Virus record (IMG/VR): IMGVR_UViG_3300027861_000012
Location: 32,380-96,379 of that record
Length of the DNA: 64,000 bases
Origin: a virus
Taxonomy: Duplodnaviria > Heunggongvirae > Uroviricota > Caudoviricetes
Reading direction: 5' to 3' (one strand)
A program made the position numbers and the translations under genes. This document shows, one piece after another, positions 35,607-44,648 of the stretch. How positions within the stretch are numbered: the first letter of the stretch is position 1; each line of letters opens with the position of its first letter. The notes beneath the pieces were generated by a model. The model was not told where the DNA came from, did no database searches, and worked only from the letters and a program-made list of their open reading frames with translations.

Positions 35607-38375
35607 ATGTCAGCAAATAGCCTGCCAACCGTAACTGAAGCACTCAAGTATTTTCTTACCCATAATTCCCCCAACTCCCCAGAACTGGGCGCGTTATACC
35701 ACGCTGGTATGGAAGCCCAGATCAATGTGATGAAGTTGAACGGCGAGCCAGTAGAGGGTCGCCGGAACACCTACGAAGATGGCGAGACTCGTTGGTGGAA
35801 CATCCGTATCCCAAAAGGGGCAGATAAGATCCCCGAATGGAAGGACTACCCACTATCTTTCTCGCTCTCCAAATATGCACATGCTGTCGGCATGTCTGGT
35901 TGGAACTGGCGAGATCGTCAGAGCGAGTTTGTCGGATACGATTTTGATTCCATTGTGGGTCATGCCCCTGGGGTGGGAATCAAACCCGAAGAGTTGAAGG
36001 CTGTTGAACAAGCAGTTGCTGACATTCCCTGGATTGAGACACGCCGTAGTACCGGTGGAAACGGACTTCATCTGTACATCCATTTCAAGAATCCTCCTCG
36101 TACAGAAACTCATACAGAACATGCTGCACTTGGGCGGGCGATGCTTGGCGTTATGGCTAAAGAGGCAGCCTTCGATCTGGCTTCCAGTATGGATGTCTGT
36201 GGCAATATCATCTGGTGTTTCCGGCGTGACATTTTGGATGGTAAGAGTAACGGTTTGAAGCTTATCACACCAGCTACGGAGAAGTTTGACAAGATACCGA
36301 TCAACTGGCGTGATAATATCGATGTTGTCTCCAGACGAAAACGACATATCCGAGTTCTAGGTTTGACAGGGTCATCCAAGGACGAGACTGGGAAATTCGA
36401 GAAGCTGGCAAAGGCTCGAAAGAATGTCCCACTTGATGACGCCCACAAAGCCTTGATGGAAGAACTGGAAGATTCTGGGTTTTCAACAATCTGGGTCGCG
36501 GACCATTGGCTGCTTCAAACGCATACCATTGCGATCAAAGAGGTTTATGAGAAGCACGCAAACGAAGGTCGCAAACTGAAGGGCTTCTTTGAAACCCTGT
36601 CTGGTGGTGGTGACCCATCAAAACCAAACTGCTTTATGTTTCCATTAAAGCAAGGCGGCTGGCGTGTTTTTCGGTTTGGTGTTGGTGCTGTTGAATCCCC
36701 CACATGGGACCAATCCCCTGAAGGTTGGACACAGTGTTACTTCAACCAAGCACCCTCATTATCTGATGCAGCAGTGGCTTTAGGCGGTCTGGAAGATGGT
36801 GACAAGCCGGGTACGTATATCTTCAACACGGGTGCTGATGCCTTAGCAGCCGTTGAAGCCATGGGTAAAACGGTTGACGTACCTGATACATTCAAGACCC
36901 GACAGACATCACTCACACTGACCAAAGATGATCGCTTGCATATTAAGATCGCCAAGGAAAAGGATGATGACGAAGCTGGAATCAAAGCTCCTGGTTGGTT
37001 AGCGAAGAAAGGTCACTGGACACGCCTAGAGAATGTAACAAACTCGGCTGAAAAAACACAAACCACTTTGTACGAGCATGATCATACAATGCGGTTCCTG
37101 TGCCGTGAAAAGGAAGAAATTGGGTGGGCGACAATAGTCAACGATGAATGGAAGAACTTGAAAAAGGACAATGTTCGCAACTACATTCGAGCTTTGGGTT
37201 ACAGTGGAACAGAAACAGAAAACTTGTTGGGCGATGCAGTTCACAATGCGTGGGAATTGACCATGACACCATTTGGTGCTGAAGAACCCGGCGGACGCCT
37301 ATGGAATCGTGATGCGCCACAATGGGTATACCAACCGGCTGATATTCCGTTGGATGAAGAACCGCATCACCCACATTGGGACAGTGTTCTGGAACATTCA
37401 GGACATGAATTAGATCAAGCTCTTGGGAAAAACCCATGGGCAATGAAGAATGGGGTATTCCGTGGTGGCGATTACCTTCGGTTGTGGATCGCCAGTGCAT
37501 TGCGTGAACCCCTGAATCATTTACCCTACCTATTCCTCTGGGGACCACAGAACAGTGGTAAATCTATTCTTGGTGATGCCATCGAATTGTTGGTGACAAA
37601 AAACGCTGTAATGACGGCCAACCAAGCAGCCCTGAGTTCGGGTGGGTTCAATAGCGAGTTGGCGACAACCATCTTTGCCCGACTTGAGGAAGTCAACCTG
37701 CGGGAAGCAGGTGAGCGGACATACAATCGCATCAAAGACTGGATAACCTCAGATACATTCTTGGTCCACAAAAAGGGCTTGGAACCCTATTTGGTACCCA
37801 ACTATCTGAAGTTCATTCACACTGCGAACAAGCAGGGGCATTCTCCAATCTTTCCAGGTGACAGTCGTATTACATCGATCTATGTCCCCGCCCTCCCGGT
37901 TGATAAACATGGTGAACCTACCGAGATTCCCAAACCCATGTTGAAAGATCTGCTCAGGGCCGAAGCACCACATTTCATGACAACATTGATTCGCACGGTC
38001 CTCCCAGAGATGACCACCAGAATGCGTATCCCGGTAGTCATGACGGAAAGCAAAGAGATGTTGGCAAGGACATCCATGAACCCATTAGAAGAGTTCATGG
38101 CAGAAAAGTGTTTTGAATTCCCCGGACAACGTATCGTCCTAGAGGACTTCTACAACACATTCCAGGCAACACTGTCCGCCACTGACAAGGCTACTTGGAC
38201 ACTGAAGAGAGTACGTGCTGAGATTACACAACCCTACGTTGTAGGCTGGGGTCATTCACGTAACGTGAGTATCGGAAACATGTCTTTTAGCCCACCGCCA
38301 AAGGGTTTGGACATAAGAACCACCCCGAGATGTTTTTTGGATGATGGTTACCTCCGGGTCACCAAAACTGAGTAA
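35607..38375 (+). CDS. primase-polymerase (Prim-Pol/AEP) fused to D5/P4-type SF3 helicase NTPase
   Basis: N-terminal AEP motifs VGYDFDS (DxD) and TGGNGLHLYIHF (sGxGxHxY). C-terminal Walker A LWGPQNSGKS with D5_N-like region. Start chosen at MSANS (GGAGG site) rather than the ORF-track start 35403, which lies inside the iterons. Confidence 0.8.
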   Translation: MSANSLPTVTEALKYFLTHNSPNSPELGALYHAGMEAQINVMKLNGEPVEGRRNTYEDGETRWWNIRIPKGADKIPEWKDYPLSFSLSKYAHAVGMSGWNWRDRQSEFVGYDFDSIVGHAPGVGIKPEELKAVEQAVADIPWIETRRSTGGNGLHLYIHFKNPPRTETHTEHAALGRAMLGVMAKEAAFDLASSMDVCGNIIWCFRRDILDGKSNGLKLITPATEKFDKIPINWRDNIDVVSRRKRHIRVLGLTGSSKDETGKFEKLAKARKNVPLDDAHKALMEELEDSGFSTIWVADHWLLQTHTIAIKEVYEKHANEGRKLKGFFETLSGGGDPSKPNCFMFPLKQGGWRVFRFGVGAVESPTWDQSPEGWTQCYFNQAPSLSDAAVALGGLEDGDKPGTYIFNTGADALAAVEAMGKTVDVPDTFKTRQTSLTLTKDDRLHIKIAKEKDDDEAGIKAPGWLAKKGHWTRLENVTNSAEKTQTTLYEHDHTMRFLCREKEEIGWATIVNDEWKNLKKDNVRNYIRALGYSGTETENLLGDAVHNAWELTMTPFGAEEPGGRLWNRDAPQWVYQPADIPLDEEPHHPHWDSVLEHSGHELDQALGKNPWAMKNGVFRGGDYLRLWIASALREPLNHLPYLFLWGPQNSGKSILGDAIELLVTKNAVMTANQAALSSGGFNSELATTIFARLEEVNLREAGERTYNRIKDWITSDTFLVHKKGLEPYLVPNYLKFIHTANKQGHSPIFPGDSRITSIYVPALPVDKHGEPTEIPKPMLKDLLRAEAPHFMTTLIRTVLPEMTTRMRIPVVMTESKEMLARTSMNPLEEFMAEKCFEFPGQRIVLEDFYNTFQATLSATDKATWTLKRVRAEITQPYVVGWGHSRNVSIGNMSFSPPPKGLDIRTTPRCFLDDGYLRVTKTE

Positions 38376-38386
38376 GGAGAACCAGG

Positions 38387-38542
38387 ATGGTTGAGGTTGA
38401 AGTTTATCGTTGTTACGGATATGCAAGTCGCTCTGTATTGGTTGCCGAACATGTGGAAACCGTGGTTGAGGATGATTTCCCCGACAACGAGGACATATTC
38501 GCCGATCAACATGATGGTGACTTAATTGCGTACCCGGAGTAA
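38387..38542 (+). CDS. small acidic hypothetical protein (51 aa)
   Basis: Hand-translated MVEVEVYRCYGYASRSVLVAEHVETVVEDDFPDNEDIFADQHDGDLIAYPE, with AAGGAGAA 7 nt upstream. The stop abuts the next start. Confidence 0.35.
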   Translation: MVEVEVYRCYGYASRSVLVAEHVETVVEDDFPDNEDIFADQHDGDLIAYPE

Positions 38543-38544
38543 CA

Positions 38545-38787
38545 ATGGCGCATTTCATTCCAGTAGATAATCAGATGCAACATGGTATTGTGACACCTTT
38601 GTCCCTCACCGATTTGCAAACGTATGTCAATGGGTTCGTGAAATTCATCAACTTGCAGGGTGGAGATTGTATGGCAGTCCACGAAGACAGCGATGAATTT
38701 GGAGAAGTGAATCAAACGGCGACCATGTTGTCAGGGCGGACAATCTGTGGTCATGCTGTGCTATTTCATTCAGGAGAACTGGAATGA
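38545..38787 (+). CDS. hypothetical protein
   Basis: 80-aa ORF, 4-nt overlap with the next gene. Confidence 0.4.
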   Translation: MAHFIPVDNQMQHGIVTPLSLTDLQTYVNGFVKFINLQGGDCMAVHEDSDEFGEVNQTATMLSGRTICGHAVLFHSGELE

Positions 38788-39122
38788 CTTGGGGACCAAA
38801 CCATCGCCGACCCGAACTGTCGAACGAGATCGAACCCTCTGATGTTGCTCGGCCCGCCAGGAATAAGAAGAAGATCAAGAAGCGGTTCGGTGTAGAGTGG
38901 TTGGGTCCAAGGCTTCACTTTAATGTCAACGGGAAGGCTACCACCCTCACATGGAGTTGGGTGCTTTGGAAATGGTACGCGACGGAGAAACAACGAGACA
39001 ACGCTTTGGTTGGTCTCATCAAGAGTGTGTGTAATGTTTACAAGAATCGGCCGGACGGGGAAAGCCCCTTTCCTCAACCGCCCGATCATGACGGACCCCG
39101 ATATCGAAAGGTTGACAGATGA
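38784..39122 (+). CDS. hypothetical protein
   Basis: 112-aa ORF. Confidence 0.4.
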   Translation: MTWGPNHRRPELSNEIEPSDVARPARNKKKIKKRFGVEWLGPRLHFNVNGKATTLTWSWVLWKWYATEKQRDNALVGLIKSVCNVYKNRPDGESPFPQPPDHDGPRYRKVDR

Positions 39123-39808
39123 TACTTGTTGGATTTGGTCACGCGAAGCGAGTTGGCAAGGACACTATTGCAGAGATGCTCAAGACCCACTTGAGGAAGT
39201 ATCGCCCGGATTGGGACATGCGTACTGTGGGCTTTGCAGACAAACTCAAAGAGATCGCCCACGACCTGTATGGTTGGGCAGGGCTCAAGGACAAGGACTT
39301 CTACAATACACCGGAGGGTGCAGCACTGCGAGAAGTCGTCCTACCAGCTATCGGCAAGTCCCCACGTAAGGTGTGGATCGATCTGGGCACCCCCGCGATT
39401 CGGGAACAGGTCTACGATGGCACATGGGTCGATTATGCTCTGCGCCCCGTGGTTGAGCCTGATGTGCTGATCATCCCCGATGTTCGGTTCCCGAATGAAG
39501 CAACCCGGATTGCTGATCTGGGTGGATTGAGCATCCTTGTGGAGCGACCAGGCTTCTACCCCGGAAACGATGTCGCCGATCAGGCCCTTGCCAAGTATTT
39601 GGGTTGGGACGCCAGGGTTCTCAATGATGGAACCTTGGAAGAACTTGACCACCAAGCCGAAGTCATTGCTCACCACATCATTACGAGTTTACGCACTGAA
39701 CCGTCTCCCTATACGCTGCAAGAATGTTTGGGTATGGCGCGGGATGAGTTGCAAATCGCTAATGGCAACTGGGGCCAAGCTGTCAGAGCACTAGCTTGTA
39801 TGGGGTAA
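39119..39808 (+). CDS. P-loop deoxynucleoside-monophosphate-kinase-like protein
   Basis: Walker A GFGHAKRVGKDT near the N-terminus and a (d)NMP-kinase-like length and layout. 229 aa. Confidence 0.55.
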   Translation: MILVGFGHAKRVGKDTIAEMLKTHLRKYRPDWDMRTVGFADKLKEIAHDLYGWAGLKDKDFYNTPEGAALREVVLPAIGKSPRKVWIDLGTPAIREQVYDGTWVDYALRPVVEPDVLIIPDVRFPNEATRIADLGGLSILVERPGFYPGNDVADQALAKYLGWDARVLNDGTLEELDHQAEVIAHHIITSLRTEPSPYTLQECLGMARDELQIANGNWGQAVRALACMG

Positions 39809-39811
39809 GTC

Positions 39812-40402
39812 ATGTTTGAAACTGTACTTATACTGAAACCTTGGCGGTGCTTCAAAGGCACCGAGATGATCAATTTCCGCCATGGGGTGAATCTGATTGT
39901 CGGCGACCAAGGATCTGGCAAGTCGTCTCTGTACCAGGGTATCTGTGTGCATGGTATGAAGAAGCCCAAGAGCATACAATTACCACGGAAGGAAGAGGTC
40001 CCATTCATTCTGGACTACCGGGACGAGCCGCTACCAGTGTTTGCTTTCGATTTCGAGAAGGACAACTATCGTACCAAAGCACGGTTCGATGACGACATTG
40101 CTTTTCATGTCGGGACTTTTTGGAAAAGCCATGGCGAGATGGTGCTTGCAATGATTGCAGACGTTGAAGGGATCGACAAGCCAGCCATCGTCATAATGGA
40201 TGAACCGGACATGGCATTGAGCATCCGGTCATGCCGCCGACTGGTGCGTGCCTTCCAGCACATTGAAGACCTGGGCGGGCAAGTCATCGCAACCGCGCAC
40301 AACCCCGTGCTGATTGAAGGCTTCGAGACGGTCTATTCATTGGAGCACGGGGAATGGATGACCGGCAAAGATTTTATCAAAACACAGATTGATGAGAATT
40401 AA
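39812..40402 (+). CDS. minimal ABC/RecF-type ATPase (AAA_21-like)
   Basis: Walker A GDQGSGKS, Walker B IVIMDEPDMALS, H-loop TAHNP. Only 196 aa, with no signature or coiled-coil insert. Confidence 0.6.
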   Translation: MFETVLILKPWRCFKGTEMINFRHGVNLIVGDQGSGKSSLYQGICVHGMKKPKSIQLPRKEEVPFILDYRDEPLPVFAFDFEKDNYRTKARFDDDIAFHVGTFWKSHGEMVLAMIADVEGIDKPAIVIMDEPDMALSIRSCRRLVRAFQHIEDLGGQVIATAHNPVLIEGFETVYSLEHGEWMTGKDFIKTQIDEN

Positions 40403-40413
40403 GGTATCTGTTT

Positions 40414-40779
40414 GTGCCCCACAAAGACCCCATAAAGCGACAAGCATACCAGAAGCGGTATTTCCGTAAATGGTATAAACGTAACCACCAATCAGAATTG
40501 GAACGAGCCCGGCAGAGAAAACAAAAATCAACGGTTAAAGTTCGTCAGTATATCGTTGATTACTTGTCTACACATCCATGTATTGATTGCGGTGAGACAG
40601 ACATAATTGTTTTGGAGTTTGATCATGTGAGGGGTAAGAAAAAAGCTGATGTGGCAAGTATGATTGCGACTTACACGCTTGCCACTGTCAAAAAAGAGAT
40701 CGCCAAATGTGATGTTCGATGTGCAAATTGCCATAGACGACGACATGGTGGCGCAGTTTGGAAGACTACATGTTGTTAG
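40414..40779 (+). CDS. HNH endonuclease
   Basis: CIDCG...EFDHV...CANCHRRRH (CxxC-H-N-H-CxxC zinc-finger nuclease core). 121 aa. Confidence 0.75.
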   Translation: MPHKDPIKRQAYQKRYFRKWYKRNHQSELERARQRKQKSTVKVRQYIVDYLSTHPCIDCGETDIIVLEFDHVRGKKKADVASMIATYTLATVKKEIAKCDVRCANCHRRRHGGAVWKTTCC

Positions 40780-40979
40780 GCCACATGACAGTGACAGCTT
40801 CAACCATCATCCAACGTGGGGATCGAACGGTCTTCCAGGTCAATGAAGCATGGCTGGATGAATGGCCAATCAAGAATTTTTTCGGCGGCTACCACCCGGT
40901 GCCGCCAGGTTGCTCTGTTACCAAAACAGTAGACGGAACCCTATTTCGAGGAGAGATAGACGATGGCGACCCAAGCTGA
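40758..40979 (+). CDS. hypothetical protein
   Basis: 73-aa ORF. Confidence 0.3.
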   Translation: MEDYMLLGHMTVTASTIIQRGDRTVFQVNEAWLDEWPIKNFFGGYHPVPPGCSVTKTVDGTLFRGEIDDGDPS

Positions 40980-41418
40980 CTCGAATCAAGCACGCCGGTT
41001 GATCGCCGGGGCACTCGGTGACTTCTTGACCCATTTGACGAAGTTGCAAGACCCCCTCATTATAGGGGGTCAATACAATGCAACCAAGCTTCTCACGATC
41101 TACCATGATTGGTGCCGGACACGGGGATTTGATCCCACAGACCCCAATCCCACAGCCTGGTTGCAATTGTGCTCCGGTGGGTACATGAAAGCGACCACAG
41201 GGAGCCCAGAGAAGCCGCTGGAGGGCCTTCAAGGGCCGGGACGTAAAGCAACACCTAAGAAGCAACGACCCCCTAAACGGCCTCCTACGAGCTTGGATGC
41301 CGGGAACGATGTGGATCTGGGCCATGGCTACAACGACAAGCCAAAAGGCCACAAGAAGGCTGATTGGGAAGACGAGGGAGAAGATTGGAAAGAAGGAGAC
41401 AGCGATGGCGAAGATTAA
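40963..41418 (+). CDS. hypothetical protein with basic/acidic C-terminal tail
   Basis: 151-aa ORF. Confidence 0.4.
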   Translation: MATQADSNQARRLIAGALGDFLTHLTKLQDPLIIGGQYNATKLLTIYHDWCRTRGFDPTDPNPTAWLQLCSGGYMKATTGSPEKPLEGLQGPGRKATPKKQRPPKRPPTSLDAGNDVDLGHGYNDKPKGHKKADWEDEGEDWKEGDSDGED

Positions 41419-42031
41419 CCTACACTCGGCCATCTCCCACCTGATGGGGAATCTGATGTGTGCTATTGACGTGGAAACCACGGGGCGCAGGTTTGGCCAC
41501 CACGAGATAATTCAGATTGGGGTACAACCTCTGGACAATGATTTTCAGGTCATTCCAGAGATTCTCCCGTTCTACACAGAGGTTGCTCCAGACTATCCGT
41601 TGCGGGCCGAGCGGGAGGCCACCAAGATCCATGGCCTAGACCTGGCTCACATCTGCCAGTATGCACCTGATCAATTCAAAGCCGCCGATATGTTTGAGGA
41701 ATGGTTCCAACGACTGGAGCTACCACTTAACAAACGGATTGTGCCGTTGGCACACAACTGGGCCTTCGAGAGAAGCTTCTTGATGGCATGGCTGGGTATT
41801 GATGCCTGTGAAGACATGTTCCATGTCCATCCCAGGGATTCAATGCAACTGGCGATCTCGATCAATGATCGGTATGTCTTCCAGTGTCAGAAACGACCCT
41901 GGGCCTCAGTGAGTCTCAAGTCGTTATGTGAGCATCTTGGTGTGATAAACGAACGGCCACATGATGCTCTATGTGACGCTCGTGCGGAAGCTCAGATCTA
42001 TCGCAAACTGTTATTCTATCCCCTGGTCTGA
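41408..42031 (+). CDS. DnaQ-like (DEDDh) 3'-5' exonuclease
   Basis: Exo I CAIDVETTG, Exo II HNWAFE, Exo III HDALCDA. Start set at MAKINL with a GGAGA site. Confidence 0.7.
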   Translation, partial: AKINLHSAISHLMGNLMCAIDVETTGRRFGHHEIIQIGVQPLDNDFQVIPEILPFYTEVAPDYPLRAEREATKIHGLDLAHICQYAPDQFKAADMFEEWFQRLELPLNKRIVPLAHNWAFERSFLMAWLGIDACEDMFHVHPRDSMQLAISINDRYVFQCQKRPWASVSLKSLCEHLGVINERPHDALCDARAEAQIYRKLLFYPLV

Positions 42032-42463
42032 ATAACACTTCATGCACTGCCCCTCAGTGATTTGCACCAACTTCCCTGATTTGTTGCAATGTAACAGCAG
42101 CGATATACAGCCACAACTCTGTTTGTGACCCTCTTTGAAAACACGATGCTCGCATGTCTTGAATTTGGGTAGGAATACCCAAGCATCCGAGCTTCTCAGG
42201 TTGGTGGTTTTGCGAGTAAAGCCATCCGGTACGGGCGGTGGTTCCCATCCCTTCTTTGGATAGATCAGCGAGCCGTCCCGCATGATACGTGGTCGTGAGA
42301 TTGTCATGGCTGTCACTTCTGTGTGAGGCTTTGGCTTCTGCTTTGGCTTCTGCTTTGGCTTCCGTTTGGGCTTCGGCTTCGGCGGCTTCTTCAATAGCTT
42401 CCTTGCTTCAGCAAGTCGTTGCAGTTGGCGTTTTTGTCGGGGTCCACTTTTCATTATCCACAA
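42011..42463 (-). CDS. lysine/proline-rich basic protein
   Basis: KKPPKPKPKRKPKQKPKQKPKPH N-terminal tract. 150 aa. Confidence 0.4.
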   Translation of the reverse strand: MWIMKSGPRQKRQLQRLAEARKLLKKPPKPKPKRKPKQKPKQKPKPHTEVTAMTISRPRIMRDGSLIYPKKGWEPPPVPDGFTRKTTNLRSSDAWVFLPKFKTCEHRVFKEGHKQSCGCISLLLHCNKSGKLVQITEGQCMKCYSDQGIE

Positions 42464-44076
42464 CTCCCTGGTGGCGGATATACGTTCCCATCGTCATCAT
42501 ACGGACAATGGGCTACGATGCCACACCATTCATAATATCCCCAGGTGTATTCTTCGACACCCCAGCCACCTTGGCTACATCCACTACCTGGCCCACCAAA
42601 ATAGTTCTGATGGTAATCATATTCATGTTCCCAGGTCATGACCCCACCTAGATAGATTGCCTGGTGCTTGTACTTGTGATAATCATCGGCACCCCAAACA
42701 AACGGACCACTACTAAGCACCCTACCATTATAGGCATATCGTGTACTCGTTGAATCATGCCAACCCTCCACGGTGTGGCTGGCATAATTTTGGATGTAGT
42801 GATCCGTTTCGTAACCTCGCTTCCAGCCATAACTAAGACACTGAGCAGCGTGTGGTTCCCAACAATAATCATCATCGGTTCCGATATGTTCGAGCCACTC
42901 TTCTGAAGTTTGTGGCCCTGAACCCTTGCAGTAACTGGGACTGGAATACCATCTCTCATTATCCCACCGAACAAGATCAGGGGTCCAGTCCCCACCAGGG
43001 TTTTCTCCTAAATCTTTGTCCGGGATAGAGCCGTTAAGTTGCACAAAGCCTGGAAGCCCCGGCCAACTTGACCTCTGGGTGTCATTTTCTGACGTGGCTC
43101 TCTCAATCGTAGCCCAGGCTTCGTCGGCTTCCTCTTCGTGCCGATCATACTCGTCATAAATCTGTTCTTTGTTATCTTCGAGTTCTTCGATGTCTTCTTC
43201 CTGATCACTGATGAGGTCATCCATGTTGTCACAGGCACCTTGACGACTGGGGTCTTCTTGAGCTTCGGCACAAATCTCATCCTTCATATCACGAAGGTCT
43301 TCGAGAACCTCTTCGGCGCGTTCTAGCTCCTCATCGACTTGATCCTTTGCCATTTGCCAGACTTGTTGCATCGTGCGATGCAAGTCCCACTTTTCTTCGG
43401 CTTCCCGGCATTCGGTATATGTCGCATACATATCCTGCCGCAATGCCGTTCGGGCATCATTCTGACCGTCGATGTCAGCCCCATTGATGTATGTATTGGT
43501 CCAAGTAGTAACGGTGGTATGGAGCATGATTTTTGTGGTCGATACACGAGATACATCATTTATGTCGGTGGTGTAACCAATCTGTGGCTCGGATGGAACA
43601 AAATGCCCAATGGTGGTATATGATGGGTCGGGTGCTATCTTGCCGCCACCAATACAATGTCGGATAGCTTCGGGACAATCCCAACAACAGTTGCACCAAC
43701 CGTCTTCAATAGCCTCCTCGATTTCATTCAGAACTGTAGCCAACCACAACTGCCCTGGATCAGGGATATCTTCGAGTTCAGTCCAAGTGTCTTCATTTTC
43801 GTCACAGACTTCCTCCAGCTTGTCTTGAACTTCTTCGATGTCTTTCTTGGACCAAATATGTGGCTTCTCTGGACACTCTAACAGTTCCAAGGTGGGGCAG
43901 GCGAATTCGTCACCACCCTCTTCACCGCCCCCGCCTTCACCGCCACCCTCTGGTTCTGTGGGTTCGCCACCACCGCTTTCAATAAGGTCATTGACTCGGT
44001 TAATGATGTCACACCAATCCGCATGGGTAAACAGATCATCCTCGGCCCATCGGTCGTCACCTTCTTGTCTAGGCAT
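42454..44076 (-). CDS. highly acidic Gly/Glu-rich protein (structural or scaffold-like)
   Basis: 540 aa. N-terminal GGGEPTEPEGGGEGGGGEEGGDEF and many D/E runs. Confidence 0.5.
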   Translation of the reverse strand: MPRQEGDDRWAEDDLFTHADWCDIINRVNDLIESGGGEPTEPEGGGEGGGGEEGGDEFACPTLELLECPEKPHIWSKKDIEEVQDKLEEVCDENEDTWTELEDIPDPGQLWLATVLNEIEEAIEDGWCNCCWDCPEAIRHCIGGGKIAPDPSYTTIGHFVPSEPQIGYTTDINDVSRVSTTKIMLHTTVTTWTNTYINGADIDGQNDARTALRQDMYATYTECREAEEKWDLHRTMQQVWQMAKDQVDEELERAEEVLEDLRDMKDEICAEAQEDPSRQGACDNMDDLISDQEEDIEELEDNKEQIYDEYDRHEEEADEAWATIERATSENDTQRSSWPGLPGFVQLNGSIPDKDLGENPGGDWTPDLVRWDNERWYSSPSYCKGSGPQTSEEWLEHIGTDDDYCWEPHAAQCLSYGWKRGYETDHYIQNYASHTVEGWHDSTSTRYAYNGRVLSSGPFVWGADDYHKYKHQAIYLGGVMTWEHEYDYHQNYFGGPGSGCSQGGWGVEEYTWGYYEWCGIVAHCPYDDDGNVYPPPGSCG

Positions 44077-44078
44077 GG

Positions 44079-44648
44079 TTATTCCTCCTCTGCCACGGGC
44101 GGGGGCATCTGTGGCAGGCCGTCACTGAGAATCTTGTAGACAACCGCCGTTGAGAAGTCAGTCAAGGCTGTCCGCTGAACACGCACACCGAACTGGCGCA
44201 GTCTTTTCTGCACCGTGCGGGTTAGTTGCGTTTCCACCTTATCAGCGATGTTAGATAACAGGTCGTCGAGAGTCCATTTAGTCACTGCTTCGACTATCGC
44301 GGCTTGTGTGATGTCATAGACCGTCGCATCTATGTCAAAGTTCCGCTTGCCGATAGCTCGCACTACGTCGTTAATGGTGTACACGACAAGTGCGCCAACG
44401 ACGACCTGTTGTTTGTCTTTTGTCATCAAGGCTTGTGTTTTGAGATTGAGCGTCTGTCGAGCGATAGGGATCACCTCAAACTCTGTTGAAAAAGGCCAGT
44501 ACCAATGAAACCCAGGGCACATTTCCTTGGCTGTCTTACCCCACGGCCATTTTACACCGCCATGAGTCGCCCGCACGATAATCGGGCGCGGTATGAAGCT
44601 GAGCAACGAGGAGATAATGTCATTGATCCAGTTGAGAAATTCCATCAT
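44079..44648 (-). CDS. SPFH/band-7-like domain protein (short)
   Basis: The core VVVGALVVYTINDVVRAI...ATVYDITQAAIVEAVTKWTLDDLL resembles the stomatin/prohibitin SPFH fold. Start trimmed to avoid overlap. Confidence 0.45.
   Translation of the reverse strand: MMEFLNWINDIISSLLSFIPRPIIVRATHGGVKWPWGKTAKEMCPGFHWYWPFSTEFEVIPIARQTLNLKTQALMTKDKQQVVVGALVVYTINDVVRAIGKRNFDIDATVYDITQAAIVEAVTKWTLDDLLSNIADKVETQLTRTVQKRLRQFGVRVQRTALTDFSTAVVYKILSDGLPQMPPPVAEEE

Noticed and set aside
35853-36347. 164-aa minus-strand ORF inside the primase-helicase gene
   Set aside because: It is antisense to a gene with clear AEP motifs in this stretch.
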